Shown here: positions 46,624-56,033 of the stretch, piece by piece
Numbering within the stretch: position 1 is the first letter of the stretch
Layout of the letters: the number at the start of each line of letters is the position of its first letter
Notes under the pieces: generated by a model
What the model saw: only the letters and a program-made list of their open reading frames with translations
Databases searched by the model: none
What the model was told of the DNA's origin: nothing
IMG/VR virus record: IMGVR_UViG_3300017971_000201
Span: 64,001 to 128,000 of that record
Direction: 5' to 3' (one strand)
Length of the DNA stretch: 64,000 nt
Source of the DNA: a virus
Made by a program: the position numbers and the translations under genes

Positions 46624-46985
46624 GTTGACTGTCCTCCTATCGCCGCCTTGAGACGATCGCGAAAGATGTTCAGCGATCGGTAGAGGTAAGGCCACAGCCG
46701 ATTCAACCTGGCTTCGAGATCGGACTCCGAAACATCCGGGTCATCGCTGACCCGCTTCCTGAGATCCTTCACGAAGTCGTCGGCCACGCGCTGGGCGAGC
46801 AGCTTATCTCCCGCGAGCACCGGTGAGAGATCGAAGTCGATCGCAGACTCGCGGATCATCTCGTCGACCAGCTCGGCCTCTGTCGTCTCCGGCGCCGGCG
46901 GACCCATCGCCTTTCGGCGAATGTAGACCAGACGCTTTCTGATCTCCGGCCGCCGGGCCATCGTCTCGTCGAGCGGCTCCCCCAT
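46620..46985 (-). CDS. Hypothetical protein
   Basis: ATG 46985 overlaps the upstream TGA. Confidence 0.6.
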   Translation of the reverse strand: MGEPLDETMARRPEIRKRLVYIRRKAMGPPAPETTEAELVDEMIRESAIDFDLSPVLAGDKLLAQRVADDFVKDLRKRVSDDPDVSESDLEARLNRLWPYLYRSLNIFRDRLKAAIGGQST

Positions 46986-47308
46986 CACTTCACCTTCCCG
47001 GCCGGAGGTACCGTGCGGACGATCTTCCAGGTCTTCTTGCTGTAGCGGGTCTTCTTCCAGGCGGCGCGCTCTGCCATTCGCTCCGCGCTCGCCTTCACCT
47101 TGATCGGCTTCTTCACGATGCCGTTGGTGAAGATCACGGTCCACTCGCCCGTGCGAGCCATGCGCTGGAGTCGAGAGCGCATCCCCAGCTCGGAGTACGA
47201 GAACTTGTCGCGCTCTCCAGGGAGCAGCGGGAAGCGGGGAGACGGCATCGGCTCCATGCGCGTTTCGTCGATCCAGCTGAGCGTCTTCAGCGGTCGGCGC
47301 TTCATCAC
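46985..47308 (-). CDS. Hypothetical basic protein
   Basis: 107-aa ORF, coupled to the next gene. Confidence 0.6.
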   Translation of the reverse strand: MMKRRPLKTLSWIDETRMEPMPSPRFPLLPGERDKFSYSELGMRSRLQRMARTGEWTVIFTNGIVKKPIKVKASAERMAERAAWKKTRYSKKTWKIVRTVPPAGKVK

Positions 47309-47351
47309 CAGGTCATCTCCAGGCAGCGAGGATAGCAGATCAGCTCGACCG

Positions 47352-47798
47352 CTACTCCTCTCCGGCCTCCGTCTGGTTGTGGTACTCCTCCCAGTTGTCC
47401 GGCTTCTTCTCCCCGTAGGGGATCGCCAGCCGCTCTTCGATGAGCACCTCGTTGATCGTCCTCGGCGGCGAGCTGGCCGGTAGGAAGATGTCAGCGATCC
47501 ATCGGCCGAAGTTGCCGGTCTTGTAGGTGCGGATCATGCACTCGCGGCCCTCGACCAGCTCGATCACGCGTTCCTTGGCCTCGTTCGCCAGGGCACGTTC
47601 GGCCTCCTTCTGCTCGGGCGACCCACGGCGCGGCCGGATCTCGGGCGCGTCTACCCGCGCGAGCCGGAGTCGCTCGGTCCGATAGTTCCCAAAGCCCGCG
47701 TCCGCCATCACTTCGACAGTGTCGCCATCGATCACACGTGTCACTATCGCCCGGTAGTGCCACAGGCGCGAATCCGACAGAGAGAACTTAGGCCGCAT
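47352..47798 (-). CDS. Thermonuclease (staphylococcal nuclease-like)
   Basis: RVIDGDTV, RL..VDAPE, FGRWIA, IN..LI...LA..Y. Confidence 0.9.
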   Translation of the reverse strand: MRPKFSLSDSRLWHYRAIVTRVIDGDTVEVMADAGFGNYRTERLRLARVDAPEIRPRRGSPEQKEAERALANEAKERVIELVEGRECMIRTYKTGNFGRWIADIFLPASSPPRTINEVLIEERLAIPYGEKKPDNWEEYHNQTEAGEE

Positions 47799-48167
47799 CT
47801 TGGTCCCTTTCCCACGAAACGACGTCCTTACGCCTGCCACAGTGCAGTACATCATGGCACGGCTCGCACAACGTGACCCCATTGGCCACATCGTTGATCG
47901 CCGCGTGCGCTCGCAGAAAAGCTACGGCCCGCGTCCGATCGTCCTCTGTTTCAAGCGCCCGCCTGGTCAGCAACTCATCCACAATCGCGCCGAGCCTCCT
48001 GATGTGGTGAGCGCGAAGATTCCCTCCGCACGGGCAACCTCTCTTAGCGACAGGCCGTCGACCACGTACCGCTGGCGGAACCACGACCGATTGGCGATCG
48101 GGCCTCCCTTCCACGCCGGATTCAACTCACCGGCCGGATTCCACGTGTGCCCGCCGTGTCCGGTCAC
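47788..48167 (-). pseudogene. Frameshifted or internally deleted HNH endonuclease
   Basis: N-part (GELNPAWKGG, Y..DGLSLREVA) in one frame; C-part (AHHI...NGVTLCEPCH..LH) in another. Confidence 0.7.
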
Positions 48168-48290
48168 CTAGTCGCCTAAGTCCAGCATCGTCGTAACCCC
48201 CATAGTCACGTAGGACCATGACATCCTACGGCTAGAGGCCATTCATGGCGAGCACAAGTCCAGTCGGTGGAGCTGGGTAGAACATCCAGA

Positions 48291-48339
48291 GAAAAGTCGT
48301 GAGAACCAGGGCCGAGGTTGTTGAGAGGGTTGGAAGGAG
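48291..48339 (+). promoter_or_regulatory. Bipartite motif GTGAGAAC-N10-GTTGTTGAGAGGGT plus SD (copy 2), preceded by GGGTAGAAC at 48275-48283
   Basis: Matches 30053-30101. Confidence 0.7.
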
Positions 48340-48345
48340 TCAACC

Positions 48346-49392
48346 GTGGCACTCAGCAAGAAGACGATCAACAAGCACAACTTGAAGAGGGCCGAGGTGT
48401 TCGCAGCCAACGGCCTCGGCGACCACGACGTCGCGTTCGCTCACCCCCGGTTCCTCGGCTACGACGAGGCCGAGAACGAGTGCGCGCTCTGCGAGCACAA
48501 GCACATCAAGTGGCTGTTCGCCATTCACTTCGACAAGCCCGACACGACCACCATGCTCGGAAAGGTCGCGACCGGCTTCGTGCGCACCGAGGAGGTCACC
48601 CTCTCCCCGGTCGGCAGCAAGTGCATCACCGACTGGCTCGACGCGGTGCCCGAGTCGGCCGAGAAGCTCGAGGCGCTCAAGCGCTGGGCCAAGGAGATGG
48701 ACAAGTGCAAGGCAGCCATGAAGCTGAAGGTCTGCGAGGATCTCTGCCTCGAGCTGCTCGAGACGCGCGGTGTCCCGGTCACGGAGAACCAGACGGCCCG
48801 CGAGACCGTCTACAGCCTCTACGCCAAGACCGGCTACAAGGCCCGCTCGGTGCTCTCCTGGTACGATCGCAAGGCGCTCGCGAAGAACGCATACAACGTG
48901 GTCCAGGGAACCTGCGTGCGGAAGACCGCGCAGGACTGGATCAAGCGGCTGGAGCCGGTGCTCGACAGGCAGGCCGAGCTGGACGCGCAGAAGGCGAACG
49001 AGCCGGAGCCGGCTTCGGTGATCCAGATGGTCGAGAAGGCCGCGCCGACCCCCGCGCCGACCCCCGCGCCGACCACCGCGCCGGTCCTCGACGACGACCT
49101 GGCCGAGCTGGCGGCCGACGACGCCGAGCTGATCAACCGCTCCCGGAAGGCGTGGGACGCGGGCGCCGGCAAGCTCGACGACTACGAGCGCAACGCGATC
49201 AAGGACATCGCGCAGAAGGTCGTCAAGTTCGGCTCGTTCGCGACCGACAAGCAGCGCGGATTCTTCGAAAAGCTCGTCAAGAAGCTCGAGGCGGCGGCCA
49301 ACGGGACCGCCGAGACGGAGCCGGTCGCGGCCGTGCTCCCCGGCGAGCCCGGCTACGTGAGCGCGAGCGGAGTCGACGGGGCGCGCTACTAA
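48346..49392 (+). CDS. Hypothetical protein (348 aa) with Cys/His cluster and PTPA linker
   Basis: SD AAGGAG; CALCEHKHI..VGSKCI; strongly GC3-biased codons. Confidence 0.8.
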   Translation: MALSKKTINKHNLKRAEVFAANGLGDHDVAFAHPRFLGYDEAENECALCEHKHIKWLFAIHFDKPDTTTMLGKVATGFVRTEEVTLSPVGSKCITDWLDAVPESAEKLEALKRWAKEMDKCKAAMKLKVCEDLCLELLETRGVPVTENQTARETVYSLYAKTGYKARSVLSWYDRKALAKNAYNVVQGTCVRKTAQDWIKRLEPVLDRQAELDAQKANEPEPASVIQMVEKAAPTPAPTPAPTTAPVLDDDLAELAADDAELINRSRKAWDAGAGKLDDYERNAIKDIAQKVVKFGSFATDKQRGFFEKLVKKLEAAANGTAETEPVAAVLPGEPGYVSASGVDGARY

Positions 49393-49412
49393 GCGCGCTC
49401 CGAGGAGCAAGA

Positions 49413-50270
49413 GTGAGCTACAGGCGACAACGATACGTGAAGATCCCCGAAGGGTCAGACACTCCCCTGACGAAGGCGGAGTTTCTGGCCCACGTATCGC
49501 GCCTGGGCACTGATCTGGCGCTCGCGCGCTACCGCTACGAGCACACCATCTGCAAGGATCTGCCGAACCGGCAGTGCCTCGACGAGGAAGAGCACCAGCT
49601 CTGGCAGCTCGCGCACGAGTCCGCGAAGCGGCTGTGCGACCGCCACGACATGAGCGCGATCGAGAAGCTGGCCGAGATCGCGAAGCGGGAAGAGGCCGAG
49701 GCGATGGCGGAAGCCAAGCGCGAGGTCGTCTACTCCTCGGCCGTGGACAAGCTGCTCGAGGATCACAATGCGCCGGTCCGCAAGTTCGCCCTCGAGCAGC
49801 CGTCGCACGAGGTAGTTCGCCTCGCCATGGCGCTGCTGGACTACGCGGGATGCGAGGAGCGTGTTCCGGCCATCCTGAGAGAGCTGGACGACGCCCGCGA
49901 TTCGCAGCGCTACTACAACAATCGGCTGAAGACCTGGGCCAGCTGCGCCCACGCTCCACCAGTCTGGAAGTGCCCCCGGTGCGAAGGCGAGGGGCACATG
50001 GGCGGCACCAAGTATGCGAAAGACCCATGCAAGCTCTGCGACGGACGCGGCTTCGTGCTCGCCGACGCAGACAGCAAGTACGACCAGTCGCACGACTACG
50101 ACGAGTTGGACCTGACATACGAGGGTCGCCAGGCGATCAACAGAGGAGACGCCTGGACGCCGGAAGACGAAGCCAACGCCGCTGGCTACGAGTCGATCGA
50201 GGACGCCGAAGAGGACGGTTGGCAGTTACCCGACTGGTTCAATCCGACGGCTGAAGAGAAGGCAGCGTGA
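49413..50270 (+). CDS. Hypothetical protein with DnaJ-type zinc finger
   Basis: SD GAGGAG, GTG 49413; CPRCEGEG..CKLCDGRG. Confidence 0.7.
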   Translation: MSYRRQRYVKIPEGSDTPLTKAEFLAHVSRLGTDLALARYRYEHTICKDLPNRQCLDEEEHQLWQLAHESAKRLCDRHDMSAIEKLAEIAKREEAEAMAEAKREVVYSSAVDKLLEDHNAPVRKFALEQPSHEVVRLAMALLDYAGCEERVPAILRELDDARDSQRYYNNRLKTWASCAHAPPVWKCPRCEGEGHMGGTKYAKDPCKLCDGRGFVLADADSKYDQSHDYDELDLTYEGRQAINRGDAWTPEDEANAAGYESIEDAEEDGWQLPDWFNPTAEEKAA

Positions 50271-51070
50271 CCGAAGAGAACGACAAGCCAGCGATCACCG
50301 CAGCTACCCGCACCCAGGGCCGGCTCACGTTCCAGTACTACGGCCTCCGCCGGCACTGGACATGGACGCTCTCTCACAAGACCCGGGATCTCGTCTCCGC
50401 GATGCGCGGCGCATGGGGCAGTGACGTGGACATCGTGACGATGCTCGGCGCCGGCCCGCGCGCGCCCTATCAGGACTGGCAGCGATTCGACTCCACGTAC
50501 GAGGTCGTGGATCTCGGCCGGAACAGGAAGAAGGCCGAGGAGATCATCGCCGAGCTGAAGCGGGAGGCGAGCGCAGAGAAAGATCTCCGTGCTCACGTGG
50601 CCCGAGACCTCGCGCATGAGACCAGAGAGTCTGTGGAGGGTTTCGTGCAGCGTTGCAAGGATCTCCAGGAGTCAGTCGGTCAATCGATCTCGCGGCGCGG
50701 TCTCCTGTGGACGGCGTACGAGAAGGATCTCAACAGCGTGGCCACCACCGACTTCCAGAGAGAGTGGGCCGAGAAGCTACTCAAGGAGAAACCAGAGGGT
50801 CCGCTGATCAGCGCCCTCCGCATGGCGCTGGCCGAAGCGAAGAAGGAGCTGCTCGCTGGTGATACCGTGGGACGCAAGACCTGGAACGCGAAGGACGTCG
50901 AGCACGCCATCGCGGCCACCAAGGGTTGCGCGCTCGTCGCTTGGGTCGGGAAGCTCTCCGACTGGATCAGGGAGTGGATGAGCTGGGAAGAGGCCAAGCA
51001 GAGGGTGTCCGACCGCAAACTCGGCGTCTTAGCCAACAGGATCATCGAGAAGACCGGCGAGATCAGCTGA
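50267..51070 (+). CDS. Hypothetical protein (267 aa)
   Basis: GTGA overlap with the upstream gene. Confidence 0.7.
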   Translation: MTEENDKPAITAATRTQGRLTFQYYGLRRHWTWTLSHKTRDLVSAMRGAWGSDVDIVTMLGAGPRAPYQDWQRFDSTYEVVDLGRNRKKAEEIIAELKREASAEKDLRAHVARDLAHETRESVEGFVQRCKDLQESVGQSISRRGLLWTAYEKDLNSVATTDFQREWAEKLLKEKPEGPLISALRMALAEAKKELLAGDTVGRKTWNAKDVEHAIAATKGCALVAWVGKLSDWIREWMSWEEAKQRVSDRKLGVLANRIIEKTGEIS

Positions 51071-51100
51071 GGCCGGTGGTAGAACTCGGTAGGAGAGCAG

Positions 51101-51493
51101 ATGGGTAGGGACAAGAACTGGAGCGAGGCCAACGAGTTTGAGGCTGCCCCGTGCCCGATGCCGGCATGCGATGGCCATCTGGCCGCGCTCTACAGCGTCA
51201 CCATGTCGGCGCCCTACCCATGGGAGCAGGTCGGCTTCACGAAGTCGTCGATCAAGACCTCTCGCGTGCAGATCGTGGCCGCCGCCTGGGAGCTGGCCCA
51301 GCCCTTCTGCCCGAGCTGCGGCTGGCGCGAGCGCGAGCGGCGGGAGAGCGCCAAGAGCGAGGCGATCTTGCGGTTGATGCGGGCGCTCATCCTGCGTGGC
51401 GTGAGCGCGGCCGAGATCCAGGCGATCGTCGGCGATTCGACCAGCACGATCGACGTGATGGCCGCGACTCACCCCGATCCGAGCGACGACTAG
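51101..51493 (+). CDS. Zinc-ribbon hypothetical protein
   Basis: CPMPAC..CPSC; TGGTAGAAC (51077-51085) and SD upstream. Confidence 0.7.
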   Translation: MGRDKNWSEANEFEAAPCPMPACDGHLAALYSVTMSAPYPWEQVGFTKSSIKTSRVQIVAAAWELAQPFCPSCGWRERERRESAKSEAILRLMRALILRGVSAAEIQAIVGDSTSTIDVMAATHPDPSDD

Positions 51494-52965
51494 CTGCCTC
51501 CGTAGAGCTTCCAGATCGGGTAGCTCTTGTAGCTGGTCTGCTTCTTCTGCGGCGGCCACTGCTTCAGCGGCTCGTGCTTCGTCGGCTTCTTGGGGACCGG
51601 CGAGATGACGATCCGGCTCGGGCCGACTGACGCGCCTGACTTCCCGATGGGCACCGTCTTCGGCTTGACCGGCGTCCGCAGCGCCGAGATCGGAAGCGGC
51701 TTCTTCACATCGCCGACCGGCTTCCACATCCGCTTGATGACTGGGAGCAGCTTCTCGACAACCTCTTCCATCCGGTAGCTCCGCTTGATCGCGGCACGCA
51801 GTGGGATCCACTCGGAGCGCGCCATCTCATGGTCGGTCCCCGCGCCGGGTTTCCCGCCAGTGCGCCTCATCACGAAGTAGTGCGTCGTGTTCTCCCAGCG
51901 GAAGGCCATCGTCCTGATCTCATCGGCCTGGGAGTCGATGAACTTGGCCTCCTTCGGATACTGCTCCTTCAGCAGCTTCAGGACGAGTGGCAGGTCGTAC
52001 TTGCCGAGATCACCGAACTTGCTCTTGGTGACGTGCGCCTTGCTGTTCGCGACCTTCGCGTGAACACCGCTCTCCTCCTTGACCTCGCGGGACGCGCCTT
52101 TGGTCAGACCCTCGCCGATGTCGAGGCCCCCCTTCGGAAACACCCAGTAGGTGCCGTACTTGGGAGCGACCTGGCAGGCCAGGACTGGCAGCTCCCAGAG
52201 ATCTGGACCCTCGAGCGTCCTGAAGACGATCCCACCGGCCGCGACGCGTGGGATGTACGACACCTTCTTCTTGAAGCCGTCCACCAGATCGCGGAGCTTC
52301 TGCTGCTCGGGCGAGAGCTTCGTCTTCTTCGGTGGCAGATTCCTCGACGACTTCTTGCCGCCGCCCACGCCCCACCAGCCGGTCTGCTGAATGTCCTCGT
52401 CGCCCCAGCTGACTCCGGCGAACGGGTCGTCTGCGATGGCCTTCTTCCACGCCTTCGATGACAGCTTGCTGCCACCGCCCCGGCCCTTCTGCTTCTCCTT
52501 CGACTTCTGGCCCTTCCTCCGGTAGTGGGCCACGCCCAGCTTGACCAGGAGCTTCATCCGCTCCTCGTCGTTGCCCACCCAGGCGGCTGTGTGCGGCAGG
52601 TCTCCCTTGCGGCCGGCGCGCTCGAGGTGGCGCTTGAGGTTGCCGTCGGTGATGTAGATCCGATCGAGCGCCCAGCGGCCGACCTCGGTCTCGACGAAGC
52701 TCGGCACACGGAGCTTCTTCGGCCTCGCCTTCTTGCCGGCACCTCCACCGAACTTGCCTCCGGCCTCGAGCCACGCCTTCCAGGTGACGCCGGGCGGCTT
52801 GACGCCCTTCTTGAGCGCCTCCTTGGTGATCTCACCCGACTTGCCGGCCGGCGTCTTGTGACGTGGCACCGGCTTGAGCGGCTTGAGAGGGCGGCGGCGG
52901 CCGGAGCGACCAGTCTTTCCCCGGTAAGCCTCGAGCAGCGTGGTCAGCGTGGTCAGCGTGGTCAT
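51490..52965 (-). CDS. Lys-rich protein with a NUDIX hydrolase domain, probably head-packaged
   Basis: FPKGGLDIGEGLTKGASREVKEESG Nudix box; N-terminus MTTLTTLTTLLEA. Confidence 0.85.
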   Translation of the reverse strand: MTTLTTLTTLLEAYRGKTGRSGRRRPLKPLKPVPRHKTPAGKSGEITKEALKKGVKPPGVTWKAWLEAGGKFGGGAGKKARPKKLRVPSFVETEVGRWALDRIYITDGNLKRHLERAGRKGDLPHTAAWVGNDEERMKLLVKLGVAHYRRKGQKSKEKQKGRGGGSKLSSKAWKKAIADDPFAGVSWGDEDIQQTGWWGVGGGKKSSRNLPPKKTKLSPEQQKLRDLVDGFKKKVSYIPRVAAGGIVFRTLEGPDLWELPVLACQVAPKYGTYWVFPKGGLDIGEGLTKGASREVKEESGVHAKVANSKAHVTKSKFGDLGKYDLPLVLKLLKEQYPKEAKFIDSQADEIRTMAFRWENTTHYFVMRRTGGKPGAGTDHEMARSEWIPLRAAIKRSYRMEEVVEKLLPVIKRMWKPVGDVKKPLPISALRTPVKPKTVPIGKSGASVGPSRIVISPVPKKPTKHEPLKQWPPQKKQTSYKSYPIWKLYGGS

Positions 52966-53005
52966 GCTCGCGATTCTAACGATCGGCGGGCTCGCGTGCG
53001 ATCGT

Positions 53006-53521
53006 CTAGCCCCACCGCTTCTTCAGCTTGGCGTTCATCGGGTGCTCGATCGAGGTCTTCAGGAGACGGCTCACGCCGCTCCCGTCCCACTTGGAGCCCC
53101 GGCGCGTGCGGAGGAGCCGACCGTTCAGGTCGGCAGCGATCTGCTCGTGGGTCCATCCCTTCTTCTTCCCCTTGAGGATCCACCGCATGACGTCCTGCTC
53201 TTCCTTGGCGACCACGACACGCTCGCCGTGACGTCGCCAACCGAAGGGCGGTGTCCCGAAGGGAACGTAGCCCTCCGGCCAAGGACGATCGTCATTCTTC
53301 TTTTCCTTCTCCTTCGGGCCGGCCTCCGGTGCGCTACCGGCGTCCTCACTCGCCAGCGCCTCGTGCTCGTCCGGGGCAGCGATCACGAAGTTCTCGGGCA
53401 GGTGCGGCACCATCGGCAGGACGGTGCTGAGACGAATGCGAAGATCGTGGCAGCAGTCATCGTCGGGCAGATGCAGAAGGATCAGCTCCATCTCGTCTGC
53501 GTCGAGCTTCAGGAAAGGCAT
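53006..53521 (-). CDS. Stand-alone recombinase DNA-binding domain protein (no catalytic serine domain)
   Basis: GTPPFGW...EEQ.V...I.....G....IA..LN....T.RG.KW....V.RLL; SD AGGAGG. Confidence 0.7.
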   Translation of the reverse strand: MPFLKLDADEMELILLHLPDDDCCHDLRIRLSTVLPMVPHLPENFVIAAPDEHEALASEDAGSAPEAGPKEKEKKNDDRPWPEGYVPFGTPPFGWRRHGERVVVAKEEQDVMRWILKGKKKGWTHEQIAADLNGRLLRTRRGSKWDGSGVSRLLKTSIEHPMNAKLKKRWG

Positions 53522-53544
53522 GGGTCGAACCTCCTGGTGTGGTT

Positions 53545-53748
53545 CTACCCGGCGTTTCCACACTCCCGGACGTCGATCAGCTTCCTCAGCGCGCGGAAGG
53601 ACTCGCGGCGAGGGTTGATGCCGAGGCGCAGAACCGATCGCGCGACGGCCATCATCTTGGTGCTCCCGTGAGCGAAGACCTCGTCCCGGAAGAACTGGGG
53701 CGTCTTCTCGTCGAGGTGCGTCAGGGCGATCAGGTAGTCCGGCTGCAT
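53545..53748 (-). CDS. Hypothetical protein (67 aa)
   Basis: SD AGGAG before ATG. Confidence 0.55.
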   Translation of the reverse strand: MQPDYLIALTHLDEKTPQFFRDEVFAHGSTKMMAVARSVLRLGINPRRESFRALRKLIDVRECGNAG

Positions 53749-53837
53749 GGTTCTCCTGCTCTTACCCTAGACACCCGACACCAGACGTGCCCGTCACCCG
53801 ATCGCAAGTTGCCTACAAGTCGGCTTGTGACAAGGAC

Positions 53838-54236
53838 TTACGTCTCAGATTCGCCGGACAGCCCACGGCGCGGCCACGGCCGGCGGAGCGCGTCGAGTAT
53901 CTGCTGCCGGCCGGTCAGCGGCCCCTCGTGTTCCGGCTCGTGCTCGGGCTCCGGCTCGGGCTCCGGCTCGGGCTCTGGGACCGGCCGCCTCCGACGACGT
54001 CTACAAGCCGGAGGACTCAGCTTGGGCAGCTCCCTGGGATGTTCCTTGTGGATCGGAAGCACCGCCGACTCGTACTCCTCCCACGTGTGACCGCCCGTGT
54101 GGATTACCCGCAGGAAGTCGGTGTAGATCGAACGCTCTTTGCGTCGGTACTTCTCCCAGATCCGCGTACAGTGCTCGTTAACGGCGTACTCGCCGTAGGC
54201 CCGGCGGGCAACCAGCTCCTTCTCGTGGTCGGTCAT
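53838..54236 (-). CDS. Hypothetical protein with PE repeat
   Basis: ATG 54236 coupled to the upstream stop; (PE)n tandem repeat near 53930-53975. Confidence 0.55.
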   Translation of the reverse strand: MTDHEKELVARRAYGEYAVNEHCTRIWEKYRRKERSIYTDFLRVIHTGGHTWEEYESAVLPIHKEHPRELPKLSPPACRRRRRRPVPEPEPEPEPEPEHEPEHEGPLTGRQQILDALRRPWPRRGLSGESET

Positions 54237-54604
54237 CGGTAAGGATCGATCCCGACCTCGCCGTAGCGCGTGCTGACGAACCCGTCGCGCCCGCACGTGA
54301 GCGACTCTCGCTCCGCGCGTCTGAGGAGATCGCCGAGCCGGTCGACGACGCTCGCGTTCGGATCAGGGATGATGGTGAGGCCGAGCTGGAGGAAGATCTC
54401 GCCGCCCTCGCGCTCGTCAACCGAACCGCACTGCAAGTAGACCTCGCCCTCCGGCTTGACCACCGAGCCAAACAGCGTTCGCACCAGGTCGCGGATCGTG
54501 CGATCCGGCGAGAACGACTTCGGCTTAGGCTCCGGCTGCGTCAGAGGAGTCTGCTGCCTCACCCCCTTCTTCCGCCTCGCCTTCTTCCGCTTCTTCCGCG
54601 CCAT
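54233..54604 (-). CDS. Hypothetical protein with peptide tag
   Basis: Contains SVVDRLGDLL. Confidence 0.6.
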   Translation of the reverse strand: MARKKRKKARRKKGVRQQTPLTQPEPKPKSFSPDRTIRDLVRTLFGSVVKPEGEVYLQCGSVDEREGGEIFLQLGLTIIPDPNASVVDRLGDLLRRAERESLTCGRDGFVSTRYGEVGIDPYR

Positions 54605-55043
54605 CGAGGTAGACCGCCTTTCGAGCCCTCGCCACCGCCGCCTCGGCCACGCGGAGAGCCTGTTCCATGTTCAGCACGGCCGCTTCGGCCTGCTTCACAC
54701 GTCGGTCGATATAGAGAACCGTCGCCATCTCCTTGGCCGACATGATCTCAGCTGAGAACAAGCCGGCCGCAGCTATCCGATCTGGGTTCATGCCCTTCCA
54801 TCGCCGGAGACGGTCGATCTCTTCCAGCATGATCAGCCATCCGTGGACCGTCAACGAGCGCGTTTTCCCCTTCTGCTGTCCGACTGCGGCCATCGAATCG
54901 AACATGACCTTCTTCTGGATCGCGTAGTCGTCGCCGCTCCAGCCGCGAGGTGGAGCGTAGTGCTGGTAGGCCGCGTGAAACAGGTCGTCGAGCAGCAGTC
55001 GCCAGGTCTTGATGCCGAGTGTGATCGCAACGGTCACGGTCAC
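54525..55043 (-). CDS. Hypothetical protein (172 aa)
   Basis: GTGA coupling with the upstream gene. Confidence 0.6.
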   Translation of the reverse strand: MTVTVAITLGIKTWRLLLDDLFHAAYQHYAPPRGWSGDDYAIQKKVMFDSMAAVGQQKGKTRSLTVHGWLIMLEEIDRLRRWKGMNPDRIAAAGLFSAEIMSAKEMATVLYIDRRVKQAEAAVLNMEQALRVAEAAVARARKAVYLDGAEEAEEGEAEEGGEAADSSDAAGA

Positions 55044-55627
55044 GCGTCATCGCCCTCGGTCTCGGTCTCGGTCTCGCCGAGCTGCTCGCGGATGGCCTTC
55101 ATGTACCAGATGTTCTTGATCTCGTCGTCGGTGATCTCACGCACATCGTCAGGCGACTTGATCGGTCCCCAGAAGGAGCCACATCCGAAGAAGATCTTGC
55201 CGAGCGACGGTACGAAGATCGCCGGGTTGCCGTGTCCCAGGCTGATCTGAAGGAGTCCGGTGACGTCGTCGTGCCGGAGGCTCATGCCGATCGGCAGATC
55301 GCCCAGGAGGATGCCGAAGAAGGTCTTGCCCTCGTACTCCTTTCGACACGACCGGACACTGACGAAAGTCCCCGGCTTGCGGAGGCCGCGCCCATGCTCG
55401 TCCAGCCACTCCATCAGCAAGTTCTCGGCCATGATCCCGGTAACCTCGATGGGGAACCGGAACTCCTGGGACGGGCGGCTGCCGACCTCGGCCATCTCGC
55501 CTTCGATGGTCTCGGGATCGACCTCGCCGAGGAGGCTCTCGCAGAGCACGCGGTGCGCCTCCTCAGCCTGCTGGATTCGGTAGAGGCTGGCCATGATCCG
55601 CTCGCGGGGAGAGAGTTCGTCCGACAT
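55040..55627 (-). CDS. Hypothetical phage protein
   Basis: SD AGGAGG, ATG 55627; KTFFGILLGDLP..NPAIFVP.L.KIFFGC.SFWG. Confidence 0.7.
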   Translation of the reverse strand: MSDELSPRERIMASLYRIQQAEEAHRVLCESLLGEVDPETIEGEMAEVGSRPSQEFRFPIEVTGIMAENLLMEWLDEHGRGLRKPGTFVSVRSCRKEYEGKTFFGILLGDLPIGMSLRHDDVTGLLQISLGHGNPAIFVPSLGKIFFGCGSFWGPIKSPDDVREITDDEIKNIWYMKAIREQLGETETETEGDDA

Positions 55628-55676
55628 CGATCCTCCTAGAGCGCCTCGCTCACGGTGGCGTTCTACCCTCGTTCGC

Positions 55677-56033
55677 CTATCGGTTGTCACCCTCGCCGTG
55701 TAGCACGCCACGGTCTTTTCGATCGGACAGCTTGGCGACATTGGCCTCCAGCACCTCGTTGACGCTGAAGCCAAGCTCGGTGCAGACCTGGGAGAAGTAC
55801 CAGGCGATGTCGCCTAGCTCGCCCTTGATCGCCGGGTCTTCGCAGAGCGTCATCAGGTTCTCGCCGCCCCGGAGCCGCTTCTTGAGCTTCTCGGCGAACT
55901 CGCCGAGTTCGCCCATCAGGCCGAGGACCGTGTAGACGATCCGAACGTCGTCCTTGTCCATCGGCGGTACCGAGTCCACGTAGATCGCGGTGCCCCGCGC
56001 CCTCGCCTGGTAGATGTCTCCGTCCATGCTCAA
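55677..56033 (-). CDS. mazG: MazG-like nucleotide pyrophosphohydrolase
   Basis: LGL.GE.GE..EK.KK, ELGD..WY, N..KL.DR..RG...G.GDNR. Confidence 0.92.
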   Translation of the reverse strand: MSMDGDIYQARARGTAIYVDSVPPMDKDDVRIVYTVLGLMGELGEFAEKLKKRLRGGENLMTLCEDPAIKGELGDIAWYFSQVCTELGFSVNEVLEANVAKLSDRKDRGVLHGEGDNR

